Shown: piece by piece, positions 42,364 to 56,179 of the stretch
Position numbering within the stretch: position 1 is the stretch's first letter
Layout of the letters: the number at the start of each line of letters is the position of its first letter
Origin: Rhynchobatus australiae
Taxonomy: Eukaryota
Assembly (NCBI GenBank): GCA_034780895.1
Contig: JAUZTB010000083.1
Location: forward strand, 3,932,019 to 3,996,018
Direction: 5' to 3'
Length of the DNA stretch: 64,000 bases
Notes under the pieces: generated by a model
Database searches by the model: none
Told to the model about the DNA's origin: nothing
What the model saw: the letters and a program-made list of their open reading frames with translations, nothing else
Made by a program: the position numbers and the translations under genes

Positions 42364-44909
42364 TGACTGCACTTCAGTTCTTAACAGCATTTCTTTACAT
42401 CAACCTTCTCCAGCGAGGATAGACAGTATTATCAAAGTTACCTTTTTTTTTAAATGCATTAACACTAAGTGATGAAGAATCCATTGAGGAATGTAAAAGG
42501 AAAAAAAAGTACTAACAGTTTTTAATTGAAGACAACTTGAACATCAAATTCCTAGCGGGATTATAGAATGATCTGATTCTGCAGAAGGCTTGATGGGCCC
42601 ATTGTATCTCTGCATAATGTAGTGATCATTCCAAGAGGGATTTCCTGCATTCCAAAAAGTTACTTGTGTAATTTTTTTTGTCTTTGAGCACTTAAGAGAA
42701 ATTGCACTTTATTTCCTCAAATTGTGTGTTCACTTGTAAATATGACTGTGGGTGTCAGTGTGCTTCAGGTTCCCAGGCAATATGCCCACATTTGGGTTGT
42801 ATGCTGTGCCTTTACACACAATTCTAATTTTTCAAGGCTCTGGACTTTGCTGCCAATCTGGTTTCTTGGTTAGACAACAACAAAACATCAGTTAGGTTTT
42901 GTTGCCACAATCTTAAGTGTATAAGAACAGCCATCTGCTGTAATCTAAAAACCTTGCTCTTAGCCAGTTCTTAATTTTTGAATTGGTATACATTATTGAG
43001 TTACGTCATTTATTAAGTAACACTCAATAACGCCACATTATGTTGTATTTAACCACAAAACACTTGTCTTTGTTTCCTCCCCCACCTTTTCAGACTGTTC
43101 CAATTTCATTTCTCCCAAATTCTGTTCCTCTGATCGAGGAATTGGCTGCTGGGTTGTAATCTATCCGCAGATTTCTCAGGAAAGCTCAAAAATATTGTAC
43201 ATTTTTTGTCTAGGAGAAATAAAAACCTGAGGCCGACAAATCCATTTCCAATTCCTCCACCACTCCCCCACCCCCCCCCACCAAAAACCTCCAATCCCCC
43301 ACTACTCCAAGTATAAGACAAGAGTAAACTGAGACCTGTGGCAAATTTTGGAAAATCATACCAAAAAGTATTCTGATTCGTCTTGGGTGGTCGGATTATC
43401 GACATAAAGAAAAGTATTTACTTGTAAAATACCTTTTCTGACCCGTGCATACCAAAACTTCACAAACAATGAAGTGCTTTGTTTTATGTACAGCCACTTT
43501 TATATATAACAAAAATGCAGTGGCGAAGCAGCAAAGTGATAATGAACAGTCATTACAAGAGCTATAAATATTAACCAGGTCAGCAGGGAGAACTCCTATG
43601 CTCTTTATAGATCGATAGGATGTTTTCCATTTAATTGAGAGATCAGACAGAACAGCGGTGTAATATTTTCTTCGAAAGATGCTACTTCCCAAAGCATTCT
43701 ATCAGTACTGCACTAGAGTGAACAATCAAGACTGCATGTGAATTGAACACACAACCTTCTACTTTGGTAATATGAGTGCTCCTAAATGAGCCATACTGGG
43801 TACAGAAGCATTTGCTTAAGTTACAGGCTGTCCCTGGGTAAAGAACGCCCAAATTATAGAACACACCTGCACAGGAAGGAGCTCCCATAATATTATTAAA
43901 TTCAAAAGTCCAGCGTATGTACACGCATCCGTTTCTACAAATGGCAGAAACTAGATTCCTCTCTTGCTCCACTTTTAGTAATTGTTCTTCTTTAATGGTC
44001 TTGTGTGCTTTAGGTGCCATTCATTATAATATTGTGGAGGTAAGGTTACCATATCAAGGGATTTTCATGTATTTTCTGACTTATGGACAAAATCAACTTT
44101 GGACATCTGCAAAGACAGAACCCATTCATGACCCACGAAAGATCTGTACTAGAGTAGTATCGAATGGTCTGAATCATTGATGCAGAGAGATCCATTTGAA
44201 TCACACAATGCCATGCACAGTAGTAAAGTTTACCATGAAATTGGTGTACTTTGTGAAAACTTATCTATTTCATTAAATTTTCTACAGGGTATCTTCCTGC
44301 TTAGCCTAGATGTGACCCCAGGCTCACCAATCTGTTATCAGTTGTGGCTGGTTAATAAGTGCCGTCAAGGTTGTATCCTGTGAATGAATGCATAACACAA
44401 TAGTTACCACACTGCAAAAGTGCTTGAGTGGACTTGAAGTACTTTGAAACATTTTGAGGTTGTGATAAAAGCTGTTTCAAGGCGATTGTATTTGCTTTGT
44501 TTCTGTACATTGTATCTTTGTTGGCTCAAATATATCAAGTTCAAGATTGTTGTTATAGGCGTACATACACAGGGTATAAATGCTGTGAAAATTAGCTTTT
44601 TGCAAAAGCAGCCCATACATTACAAGACAAGGATAAACACACATTAACAAAAATCTCACATGCACGTATGCAAAATAAACAACAAAATAAACATAACGAC
44701 ACCAGTGAAAATATTGAATAAATATGACTGTAGTACGTTATTCAGGTTTTTCTTTTAAACACAAATATTGGTTTAAATGTTTTATTTTTTAATGATTTAA
44801 CAATTGTATCAAAATACAGGATGTAGTTGGAGAAGCAATGTTCTGTTGATAACATGAACAACCAGTTTTTTTCCCCTTCCCTAACTCTATTCATTTGATT
44901 TCACTGCAG

Positions 44910-44964
44910 AGTGACATTTGGTCTTTGGGAATTACTGCAATTGAAATGGCAGAAGGCGCTCCAC
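44910..44964 (+). CDS. MINK1: Exon 8 (SDIWSLGITAIEMAEGAP+1 nt)
   Basis: CTGCAG acceptor, CAC|GTAAGT donor, 55 nt; DYR-SDIWSLG is MINK1-type. Confidence 0.96.
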
Positions 44965-46499
44965 GTAAGTTTCTTTCTTTAATCGGGGTTAGGAAAGGAA
45001 AAGGTCGCTATCTGAACTATCAGAAAAGCTAAAAGCTGTAAACTTGAAGTAAAAGCAGGAGATAATAGATCATCAGTTCAGGCAGCACAGCTTTCAGGCT
45101 CTGATGGAAGGTTATTGTCCTGAACTATCAACTGTGCTTCAGATACTAGCTGGCTTGCTAAGTATTTCCAGTAATTTCTGCTTTTATATGTTTGCATATT
45201 TTGCCAATATGACTACCTTTTTTGTTAATGGTTCTTTTAATTACTGAATTAATGATAAGAATAATCCTTGTGATCAATTTGAATTACTGACTTGAGGTTT
45301 GCAGTAGGAACCAGAGGAAAAAGCTGGCTGGATCTTTAGTGGTTAAACCAAGTTTAGTTTGGAGTTGCCCAGCTGAATGAAGCACTTGGCCTATCCAATC
45401 AATTCGATCCTTCAGCACATGGGTTGTGACCACTCAGTTGATGTGTCTTAACTTTTCATGTGCCAGCGTGTTGGACAGTCCTAGAATGACTGTTGCCCTC
45501 CAGAGCCAGAGTTTTATTTGCCTTCTCTTAGACTGAGACCAACAATAACCGTCAGCAATAGAAGCAGCTAAATATCATGCCCAGTTTAACACTAATAAAG
45601 ATAAATAGAACAAGAACTGGAACTGAAAGTAAAGAAAGAAAAAAGCTGGTAGCTTCACTTCTCCTGTTCCGGTGTAACACAGTTTCATGGTGTCTTGACT
45701 CATGTGCATTTTCCTTCAAATATGCAATTTTCCCCNNNNNNNNNNNNNNNNNNNNNNNNNNNNNNNNNNNNNNNNNNNNNNNNNNNNNNNNNNNNNNNNN
45801 NNNNNNNNNNNNNNNNNNNNNNNNNNNNNNNNNNNATTTTCCCCTCCAAATGTCAATATTCCTAAACTGTTCTCCCTTTTACTATCTTCTGGTTTCCCCC
45901 AGTCATCCTGTGTGGTAAAAATAATTTTGTGAAATATTAGAGGAGGCAACAAGGTTAAGCAGCTGGCTTTAGAGATTGCTTTTATCCACATATGAGAACA
46001 TAGTATTAGTAGTAAACATCAAAGCCTTCAGCTAATTCTGCCATTCATGGATGTTCTGTTCTCTAACTTTATTCACTTTTCTTGCTTTTGTATCTCTTGG
46101 TACCCCAGCCATGCATTAAATTTTCATTTGATTCCTACTGTCAACAGATCCTGGGGGAGAGATTTGTGTGAAGAAGCCCCCAAATACTCACATATCAAGG
46201 TTATGCCCCCGCGTTCTGGGATTTCTGCCAGAGGAATGGTTTCCGTCTACCCTATCAACCTCTTTCAAACATCTTTAACATTTCAATTAAGTCACTCTTT
46301 TGCTTAAGTAAATACAAGCCTTGACTGTGCAACCTGTCATCACAATTAACTGATTATGTTCTGATAACTCTCTACTGCATCCATCATGGGGACCACCATG
46401 TCTATTCTGGGATACTGTCTTCTCCAAGTCAGGTCTTGCCTCAGTTATAACAGTAGTGTGACTTCCATCACTTTGTGAATAAGCTCCCAACAATCGTCT

Positions 46500-46888
46500 A
46501 GCAAATTTACATTTGTCACCTGCCAGCTCTTTCTCCACCCCTTCCCTCCACCTTTGTATACTGGCTATCTCCCCTCTTTCAGTTCAGATGAAGAGTCTCG
46601 ACCCGAGACATCAACTGTCCATTGCCCTCCATTGATGCTGCCTGACCTGCTGAGTTACCCCAGCATTTGTGTATTGCTCTGGATTCCAGTATCTGCAGTC
46701 CCTTGTGTCTCTCTTTATATTTGTTCATGTCAAGCCAGAAAAGACCTTATCAGCGTCCTGATGAAGGGTCTCAACCTGAAATGTCAACTGTCCATTTCCC
46801 TCCATAGATGCTGCCTGACCCGCTGAGTTCCTCCAACATTTTCTGTGTTGCTCCAGGTTTCCAGCATCTGCACTATCTTGTGTTTCCA
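46500..46888 (+). mobile_element. Tandem pair of Penelope terminal repeats
   Basis: Two direct copies (46580-46712, 46755-46888) of hammerhead-like motif + GATGCTGCCTGACC.GCTGAGTT + CATCTGCA. Confidence 0.85.
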
Positions 46889-48494
46889 TGTTACCAATCT
46901 GTGTCACTCGAATAGGCAAATGAAATGTTAATATAACTATCATGCTTATTCATCAAATTGCAACTATAAAAAGTAAATGATTATTGGTATTCCTGAGGGA
47001 TTTATTATAAAATGTAAAATAGTTTCTGTGTGGAGGACGTTGTGTTTCATGTTCAGCAGAAGTTGGCCTTGCATACTTCTTATTTAAATCCTGAGAGTGC
47101 ATGAAAGCTCAACAATGAAATTCTGGCAATGTTCACCATTGGGGTGAATAACAATGGATATTGGAGAATGCCGTCTGGGTGCCCAGCCCTTTCATTGGGA
47201 CCAGGGTGCAAAGTCCCAGCTTGTCACCAAGTTCTTGCTTCTTCAGCACCTAAGCAATTGCTGGCTCAGTTGAGGACATATTGAGGAAGAGAAATACCAA
47301 TCCTGTAATAATATCAGCAGTGAAATACATAAATATTATGGTTGTGCTGATTTCATAGCAGGACTAAGGGATGCAGTGGATTAAACCACTGTCCTTTATC
47401 AAACAGATTACACTTTCAAGTATCTATATATTCCCAAGGGAAGTGTTTGGGCAATCTCAAACCAGTGGCTGCAAGAAGCTAGTCTGATGCCCAATCTGAC
47501 AACTGTTTGGTACACCTTTTAACCAGATGGTGTTGACTAGTGTATCCCATAGAAATTTCAAGGTAGATTTGTGACACAGTAGTTCTGTTAATAGACTAAC
47601 CATCAAGAGCAGTTCAAATGCTACTGCAGCTACTTGTGTCACAAAATTTAAAAAAACGATGGCAAAAGAGTGACCATGGAAGCTGTCAGACTGATGAAAA
47701 GGCTCAGTTGGCTTACGAGTTTATGAAACCCTCCATGGTCACCACATCTGATCAATATATGATTGTATCATCATGCTCTGGGCTGCCTCGATTTGTCTCA
47801 TAGCTTGGGTAGTAAATATCAGCTTTTCGGGAGTGAATTTGTCAAATCCTAGTTTCCTACGAGTATGCAGAGTGCAGTATTTTACCTAATACCCTGATCT
47901 TAAGTGATGTGATCTCCTTTTTAATGGAAGTAAAAGCCCATTTCCTTTAAAGTAATTCATGTATGAATTTCAGCTGGATATTCTATTTTCGAGTGGATTG
48001 CCTCTGATATGACACAACTGGCATTAGGAAATGGGCACCTTGCCCAGCTTTTATTAATGGTCAGATACTTTTTTTGGAGCTGAAGTGGCGTGGGTGGGGG
48101 TAAGGAGGAAGTTGCTGCTTGTTGTGACATGAAAACTCTATGCCTTTCACTCAAGTCTGTCATTCTTCCTCCTCTGATAATGCTTCAAGCCATGTTAGTT
48201 GGGTGGAAAATACACCAGTGCATTTACTGCTAAACTTTGTGATGATAACATGACAAAAGTACCTTGGGTATGCAATCTTCAGACCCTGCCTTTGGCCAAC
48301 CAGTGTCTGCATTTGCTGGGCTCAGCTAACTGGTATTGGTATTGGTTTATTATGGGTGTGCCCGACTGGGGTAAGACAGGCAAACATGCAGAAAATAAAT
48401 GGATTCTTATAATAGCTTTGAAACGTCTACACATGCGTGATCAGAACAAAACGTACATGATTCCAAGATGATGGATTTTCAATAACTGGTTTAA

Positions 48495-48668
<174 letters not shown>

Positions 48669-51600
48669 TAAGTGATTACGTGGTGTGGTGGTTGGGAATG
48701 AAACATCCTGTGTGCTTATCAGTTTGAAAATATGCTAGTCTTCCTACATTTGAGAAATGGAGGTACATTAGTGTGTTTAGCAAGATGCTGCTAAGCCAAA
48801 AACGTATAGAACAGAACATGAATTGAATCAAACAGTAGTAGCAAGGTATTTCTTGTGTCTCCATTAGCAGCTAGATGATGGACACTGCAGTATCCAGAGC
48901 ATGTAGATTGTTGGAAGAAAGGCAGACAGAGGGAAGACAAATGGCTATCAAAGCTCCAGCAAAGTTAGAAGTAAAGCAGCTAAAAGAAAGGAAAAGTTTG
49001 AATGAAAAGTTTAAAAAGTTGAGGGAATACAGTCAAAATTTGAGAAAGATTATAAGAGTAGGCAATTTCAACAACAACTTTGTTCAGCTCTGGCTAATGA
49101 GCATCCATATAGGTGTTTAGGATGTTCCGAGTAAAGATGGCATACTTAAAGAGATGTCCCACCCAAACACAGTGCTTAAGGTTTGCATATTGTAGAGAGT
49201 AACTAGTTTTGCAATGTACTTATTAAACAAACTTGCTCTGAAATGATTAAAAGATAACTTTAAAAAAAATTTAAACTGATGACCTGAAATGGTTGAATGA
49301 TAATCTGATGATACTTAGATGATTAAATAACGTAAATGATGAATAAAGGAAGTCCTTATGACACTAGTTACCACAAGACACAACTGAGGTAAAGAGGATA
49401 GATATACTTAAGGGAAAGTTAGAGCAAGGAATAGAAAAATATGTTGATGAGGGTTATAAGAGGACAAGGAGGAGCATTGTAGGCAGCATTAAGACTAGTT
49501 TGGACCTGATGGGCTAAATGAGCAAAATTGCAATAAAATAGTCCGACTATGATAACTAAATTGGGAAGATGGGGGTAGTAACAGGGAACGGAAACTAGAT
49601 GATGTGGTTTGTGGAGCTAGCCTTTGGTAGCTTATAACTGTTCACGTAAGTGTAATAGTTTGCAATCTGGAGCAGAAGACTGTCCATGCCCTTTGTTGTG
49701 CTGAAATAAAGTTANNNNNATATCAAAATATCTTGAAAGAGACGTTGTTTTTTCATTCTTTATTATTATCTTAAGTGATGGAAGATCTGGGTTATTACAT
49801 TGATTTTACAGTGTACTGCAGCACAATAAACTTTCTGTATTTATTCTTCATTCTTAAAGAATGCATTAGATCCAGAAGCTTGAAAATACCATGTAATATT
49901 TGATATTCTGATTATTCCTGGGAAAATGAGATTACCTTTAGACTTGATTTCCAGTAAGGTGGAAAGATGTAATAATGCCCAAGGTTGATTAAATGAGGCC
50001 ACATTTCAGCATCTGATCTGGATATCAGCATCAAGAGAGCTTGTTTGATTGGGGAACCTGGACAACAACAAGGGTTTTTTTTGCCGTAAAGTTTGAAAAG
50101 TTGAGTGCCCTTGGGCGTCGTCTTGGGGCTGATCTTTGAATTGAATGATTCAAGTAGGATCCAAGTTTCCAAACTTTGCATAAATCTGAATTTATACAAA
50201 ATATTATCTGAAGTTCATACATTTATCTGAATATGTTTATCTGAATATATAAACAATATATTTATCTGAAGTTCATAAATACCGTAAACAAATAATCCAA
50301 GTTTATAGTAAATGACNNNNNNNNNNNNNNNNNNNNNNNNNNNNNNNNNNNNNNNNNNNNNNNNNNNNNNNNNNNNNNNNNNNNNNNNNNNNNNNNNNNN
50401 NNNNNNNNNNNNNNNNNNNNNNNNNNNNNNNNNNNNNNNNNNNNNNNNNNNNNNNNNNNNNNNNNNNNNNNNNNNNNNNNNNNNNNNNNNNNNNNNNNNN
50501 NNNNNNNNNNNNNNNNNNNNNNNNNNNNNNNNNNNNNNNNNNNNNNNNNNNNGTGCACTGTACACTTAGCAAGAATGCACTGCCAGCTGCTGCTCGAAAG
50601 ACTGACTGTGGAGAGGTGGTGTGATTTTGAACCACCACCTTTCAATGAGAGCCTGTCACTAGAGGTGGGAGGTGGCCTTGCCTGGAAAATGTCAAGAAGT
50701 GATTTAGAACATAAATGATTTCAGTTACAGTGTGCAGGCCTGACTGCGGTTCACAAGCACCAAGCTCACCCTGTCCGCTCGCTGTAGGTACAACATTTAG
50801 ACGCACCCTCTTTATCACCAGAATTCTTCTGCTGAATTTAAAAGTTATATGCCTTAAAAAGGCCTGGTTATTTTAAACATTAAATGTAAATTGGACCTTG
50901 TGCTAATTTAGCAATTAGTTCAAATTTGAACAGTATGAACTAACTTAGTAACGAAGCAGATTTATTTGCAATTATTTATTGCCTGCTCTCGTCTAGCCAC
51001 CTGTTGACCAGCGCTGTTGTGTGACCAGAGTATGCTCCCATTTGGCAGGCTCTGGGCATCTGCAAGAGATTGCAATCCTTTTGCTCAATCCCTTGCCTTA
51101 TCCAGGAGTACGAATGGCCTGGAATTGTTGACTGGGTTGCTAATCTTTAGCTGAGGGAAGCAAGGACTGATCACCCTGGTACTTTGAAACATAGCATCAC
51201 TGGGAAGCCTCGGAGTTGTTGAAGGATCCTCATCCCCTCTGTCCTGGAGGATGGAGTGTAATCATGGTGTACAAATCAGATGTTGGTGGGAACTTGTTAT
51301 GCTGGATCTCTAGGGCATCCTTGTCAACTAGTTGACTTTAACCAAATGTACATGTATGGAATGACCTCTGTAGAGGTTGCAAAATAGTTATGTATCTGCA
51401 ATAATCCATAAACTTATTCTGGTNNNNNNNNNNNNNNNNNNNNNNNNNNNNNNNNNNNNNNNNNNNNNNNNNNNNNNNNNNNNNNNNNNNNNNNNNNNNN
51501 NNNNNNNNNNNNNNNNNNNNNNNNNNNNNNNNNNNNNNNNNNNNNNNNNNNNNNNNNNNNNNNNNNNNNNNNNNNNNNNNNNNNNNNNNNNNNNNNNNNN

Positions 51601-51720
51601 NNNNNNNNNNNNNNNNNNNNNNNNNNNNNNNNNNNNNNNNNNNNNNNNNNNNNNNNNNNNNNNNNNNNNNNNNNNNNNNNNNNNNNNNNNNNNNNNNNNN
51701 NNNNNNNNNNNNNNNNNNNN

Positions 51721-51731
51721 TGGTGAGAAAG
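51721..51731 (+). CDS. MINK1: Visible 3' end of exon 10 (..GEK+1 nt); remainder in gap 51424-51720
   Basis: T GGT GAG AAA G|GTGAGG directly after the N-run matches the family KKRGEK exon end; phase 1 fits exon 11. Confidence 0.85.
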
Positions 51732-51844
51732 GTGAGGAGGAGCCAATCAATCAGCTACTACTGCCCATTCAATGAATGCAATGCAAGTGACTGTTGGTTC
51801 AAGTATAATTGCAAAGAAATAATGACATGTCATGTCTTAAACAG

Positions 51845-51914
51845 AGGAGACCGAGTATGAGTACAGCGGCAGTGAAGAGGAAGAGGACAATGTTGGTGAA
51901 GAAGGTGAACCCAG
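51845..51914 (+). CDS. MINK1: Exon 11 (EETEYEYSGSEEEEDNVGEEGEPS)
   Basis: AAACAG acceptor, CAG|GTGAGT donor, 70 nt; conserved TEYEYSGSEEE motif. Confidence 0.95.
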
Positions 51915-53164
51915 GTGAGTTGTTCACCTGACTTTTCTGAATATAAACCATGTGCAGAATGTACCCTTGGCACTTGGTTTTCTTTTGCTCAGACTACTTA
52001 TTCCTACATCCATTACCTTAACATAGTTCCCACTTAATTTTGCTCTGGTTGTGGGTTGTTGGAAGGGAGATTGAATCTGTGAACTTCATGCTTGGTGCAG
52101 AGTGATTTTGATCCTGAACAATAGCATGTACAACGTTAACAAAAGCAGTCATGCTTAAGGTGTAGCACAATTGAGTGTGAAGTAAATATTTCTGCTCTGA
52201 GGAGAATCCCCTACCTCAACAGTACCCTTGAGTGAGATTATTTTGATGCCTACTTCCATGTTGTATGACTATGTGAAAGGTGGAAGTTATGCTTGTTAGG
52301 AAATGGAACATCACAATTTCTTCCTGCATCTTGGAAAACTAGTTGTTGCTTTTCCCAACCTCTCGTACAAATTCCACACCCTCATGATTAATTCCACTCG
52401 CTCTCCCTTGCTACCCACATAGATCCAAACTGTTTACACTACAGAGCTTTGATACAAAGTGGAGCTTCTAATTCATTATTGTCTCCACTACAAAGACCAC
52501 CAATCCACATTTTGCTTGATTCTTTAGCTCAAAACAAACATGGAGGCGATCTCTTCTGATGAATTGCTTGATAAATACCAGAATAATTTTAATGCATTCA
52601 TTTTTACTGACTCGTTGAAAACCACAGTTGCTGAAATACATGTATCAAAAATGTGATTTTGAAGAGAAATGTCTCTGCTCAATGCATTTATCTTCGTTGT
52701 TTCTTATGTGGTCCTTCTGGCATTAGAGTGGAGGCATTGGAGGGGTGCAGAGGAGATTTACCAAGATGCTGCCTGGATTAGAGCATATGGAATATGAGGA
52801 GAGGCTTAAGGTGCTAGGGCTTTACTCACTGGAGAGGAGGANNNNNNNNNNNNNNNNNNNNNNNNNNNNNNNNNNNNNNNNNNNNNNNNNNNNNNNNNNN
52901 NNNNNNNNNNNNNNNNNNNNNNNNNNNNNNNNNNNNNNNNNAGTTACAGAGAAAGTGCAGTGCAGGCAGACAATAAGGTGCAAGGTCATAACGAGGTAGA
53001 TTGTGAGGTCAAGAGTCCGTCATCGTACTAGGGAACCGTTCAATAGTCTTATAACAGCGGGATAGAAGCTGTCCTTGTGCCTGGCGGTACGTGCTTTCGG
53101 GACCTTTGAACTGAAATGAGGCAGCGCAGCCTTACTGAAGTGGAAAAGCTGAGTACGAAGGGCG

Positions 53165-53345
53165 AAGCAAGAGATTCTGCAGTTGCTGGAACCTGGAGCA
53201 ACACACACAAAATGCTGGAGGAACTCAGCAGATCAGGCAGCATCTGTGGAGGGAAATGAACAGTCGGCGTCTCGGGTCGAGGCCCTTCATCAGGACCGGA
53301 AAGGAAGAGGGCAGAAGCCAGACTAAAGAGGTCCGGGGAGGGGTC
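53165..53345 (-). mobile_element. Penelope terminal repeat
   Basis: Reverse complement of the 34300-34655 family. Confidence 0.85.
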
Positions 53346-54459
53346 TGTGAAAGTATTGCTGTTAGGGGAAATAGATAGCAACATGAATGATATTAGTGTC
53401 ATTCATTAGTAGAAAAGTTAATGCGAGAAGGTAAAAAAGGGGTATTGTTAAGCAGGGTGTCCAAGGAAGTAATGTGAGAGTAATTGGTATAATCTTGTTT
53501 GCCCTGGTGAGATCATTGAACTTCAAACACACCACTGCATTCTGCATTCATGCAGGTAGTGCTGGTTGTCAATGCTACTCCTCCTTATTTGGCCAATCTC
53601 CTGCCACATATCACTGGCATCCTGCCTTCTTGAGGTCTGCTAAGGTGAGAAAAGTTTGTGGAGTGAACGTGTGAAATTATGACATCTTAAGAAAAACACG
53701 AAACTCACGACGATCAGAGGGGGAAGCTGGTGAATATTGTATTGCAGCCACTTTCTAAATGGGTCAGAAGAAATAATACCAAGATGATATTTAATTGACT
53801 CACCAATCCATTGATTTAAAAGGACCACATTGAAGTTGATTAAAAATAATCTCATATCAGTTTCTGTTTACGGTTTGAAAGAAGATTGCAGAGAATAAGG
53901 CTTTCATGTCTGTGACAGGATTGTATGGCATATTTGAGGGATATATTGACCCCAAGTTGACCAACATCAAAAAATAACGAGCTTGAGTTTCCAAAGTAAT
54001 GTGCACGACAGTATGAAATCTCAACCCTGGGGAACATTTCCGAACAATACTTACTGGGCAGACTTTGCATCTCACCCAGCAAGTTTGTTGTTGAGTTGTT
54101 CACCTTAAACTTTTGCTGCCCTCAAAATTCATTGTGCGTCTGAATGGAGGACTTGCTTCCGCATTTCTTGTTTTTATCTCTCTCCACTGATACCAGAGGC
54201 TTAATACATTGCTATTGTAGAAAGAATAGAGGGCTGGAAGACTGACTAGTTGGGTGTCACTGGTACTTTATATGTGAGGGATCAGGTTTTAAGGACATTG
54301 TTGGACCAATGCTTTTTACAGAGATAATTAGAACACTTACAAAAGGCACCGAAGAAATCCAAGCTGGTCTTATTTCCTTTGCACACGCATTTCCCTCCTC
54401 ATCTCCCTTGAACTGTGTGAACTGCTCCTTTTGGGAATTAGCATTGCAGTGAACTAGCC

Positions 54460-55110
54460 CACCATCTTTTCATGGGACGACTGTAGTTTAGAATAACACT
54501 CTTGTCTCTGATTCAGAAGGTTGTGCCCCACAAAAATCCAGGCACACTCTCCAATTACAATGTTGAGGGAATGCTCCACTGTCTGAGGTCCCACCTGTCA
54601 GGTGACAGGTTTAACCCATACCTTATCTACTCTCACTAATTGATGCAAAAGGTCCGTGGCCATTAGGACATACATTGAACGTAGAGCACAGGAACAGGCC
54701 CTTTGGCCCATGATGTTGTGCTGAACTAATTAAGCTAATGATGCCGAATTAAACTAATCCTTTCTGCCTGCACGTGGCCCACATCCCATATCCCTCCATT
54801 CTCTGCACATTCATCTGCCTATCTAAGAGCCTTTTAAACCCCTCTATTGTATCTGCCCACCACCACCACCCCTGGCAGCATGTTCCAGGCACCCACCACT
54901 ATGTGTAAGAAAAAGCTTGCCCCGCACATCTCCTTTGAACTTTCCTCCCTCTCACCTTAAATATATGCCCTCTGGTATTCAACAATAGATTAGTATTATT
55001 TCAAAGGGAGGGTAGACTTTGCCAATTTTTATTCCTTAATGAATGGCATGAACAAAAATGCTCTGGTAATTATGATATTGTTATCTATAGGAGCTTGCTG
55101 TGCGCAGCAC
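54460..55110 (+). mobile_element. Deu-domain SINE (SacSINE1-like) interrupted by a CR1 tail (54665-54985, -); other copies ~880-1250 (+), 9420-9760 (-), 35770-35970 (-), 43540-43780 (-), 59800-60110 (+)
   Basis: CACTCTTGTCTCTGATTCAGAAGGTTGTG head; GGAGCTTGCTGTGCGCA motif; GAAGAAGAGCAG..GAGTT in the 59.9 kb copy. Confidence 0.65.
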
Positions 55111-56179
55111 ATTGTAAGAAACAAGGACAGGCCATTCAGCCACTCCAACCTACTTCACCGTTCAGTGAATTAATGCCTGCTCTGATCAAGGCCTTAGCTC
55201 CAGTAACGTGCCCGTTCCCCATACTCCTCCACTACCCTGTAGCCCAAAGACCTGTCTATCTGAAATAAAAGCAGAAAATGTTTGAAACACCTAGCAAATC
55301 TGTCACTTGAAATAGTAACTCTATTTCCCTTTCCACAGATGCTGCCTGACCTGCTGAGAGTTTCCAGCATTTTCTGTTTTTATTTCTAGCAGGTTTTGTT
55401 TAATATTTAGGAGTGGGGACAACATTATCCTGATTGTAGTCCTAGATTAACAATGTCTTGTCATCAGATAGGACTTTGTGGTAAACTGTGATAGGGCCGC
55501 AGTCCCAGAGATGATTTCAGATCTCTCTGTGGGCTGGCACCAAGAAAGCTACAGGATTGTTGTAAAAACCTGGCACTCTCACAGGTGTCCTTTGGGCTTG
55601 TGTATATCTCCAGTCCTCCAGTCTCTGTTTGATTCTCAGAGTTGCCGTGGTAACTGGGAATTAGCATTAAATGGTGCGTCACATTCATTCAAAGAACAAA
55701 TGAGAAGAATTGTGAGCACAGGCAGAGGTTATTCAAGTTGGACCAACTCCACTGCTACACTTTGTCTCCTTCCTGTTGTAGTTGTCTGTCTCTGTCGCTT
55801 GCCTTTACCCTGTGCTGTGAGAAATCAGGGCCACTCTGCTTCTCAGCATCGGCCAGAAGGTTAGGCAGACAGCAGTGTTTATAGGGCTCTAATCCGTCCA
55901 GAATTGTACAAGTTATTTATGCAAAGCTGTTTGACAACCTCCCATCCTGTATATTTTAAAATATTATTGCCTATTCCCATCTTGTTTTGGGAAATTCAGC
56001 TTGTCATCATTCTCATTACTCAAGCCTTTTCCCGCATAGACAACCCTGTCTTTGAGGTGCTGCTACACTCTGACCCTCTCTGTAAATAAATAATCAGTTC
56101 AGTGAACTTGGTCGGGATAGGGAGAGCAGGGAGAAACTTCTCCACGTGAGCCCATCAGCACAGAAGATAAGGAGAGTTC

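Noticed and set aside
49270-49350. Cluster of TGATGA/CTGA motifs suggesting a C/D snoRNA or hammerhead
   Set aside because: No terminal stem, no stem II or recognisable guide; adjoins a decayed CR1 tail
51000-51340. Possible ancient Tx1 3' fragment on the + strand
   Set aside because: Only a vague resemblance; too decayed to support without a search
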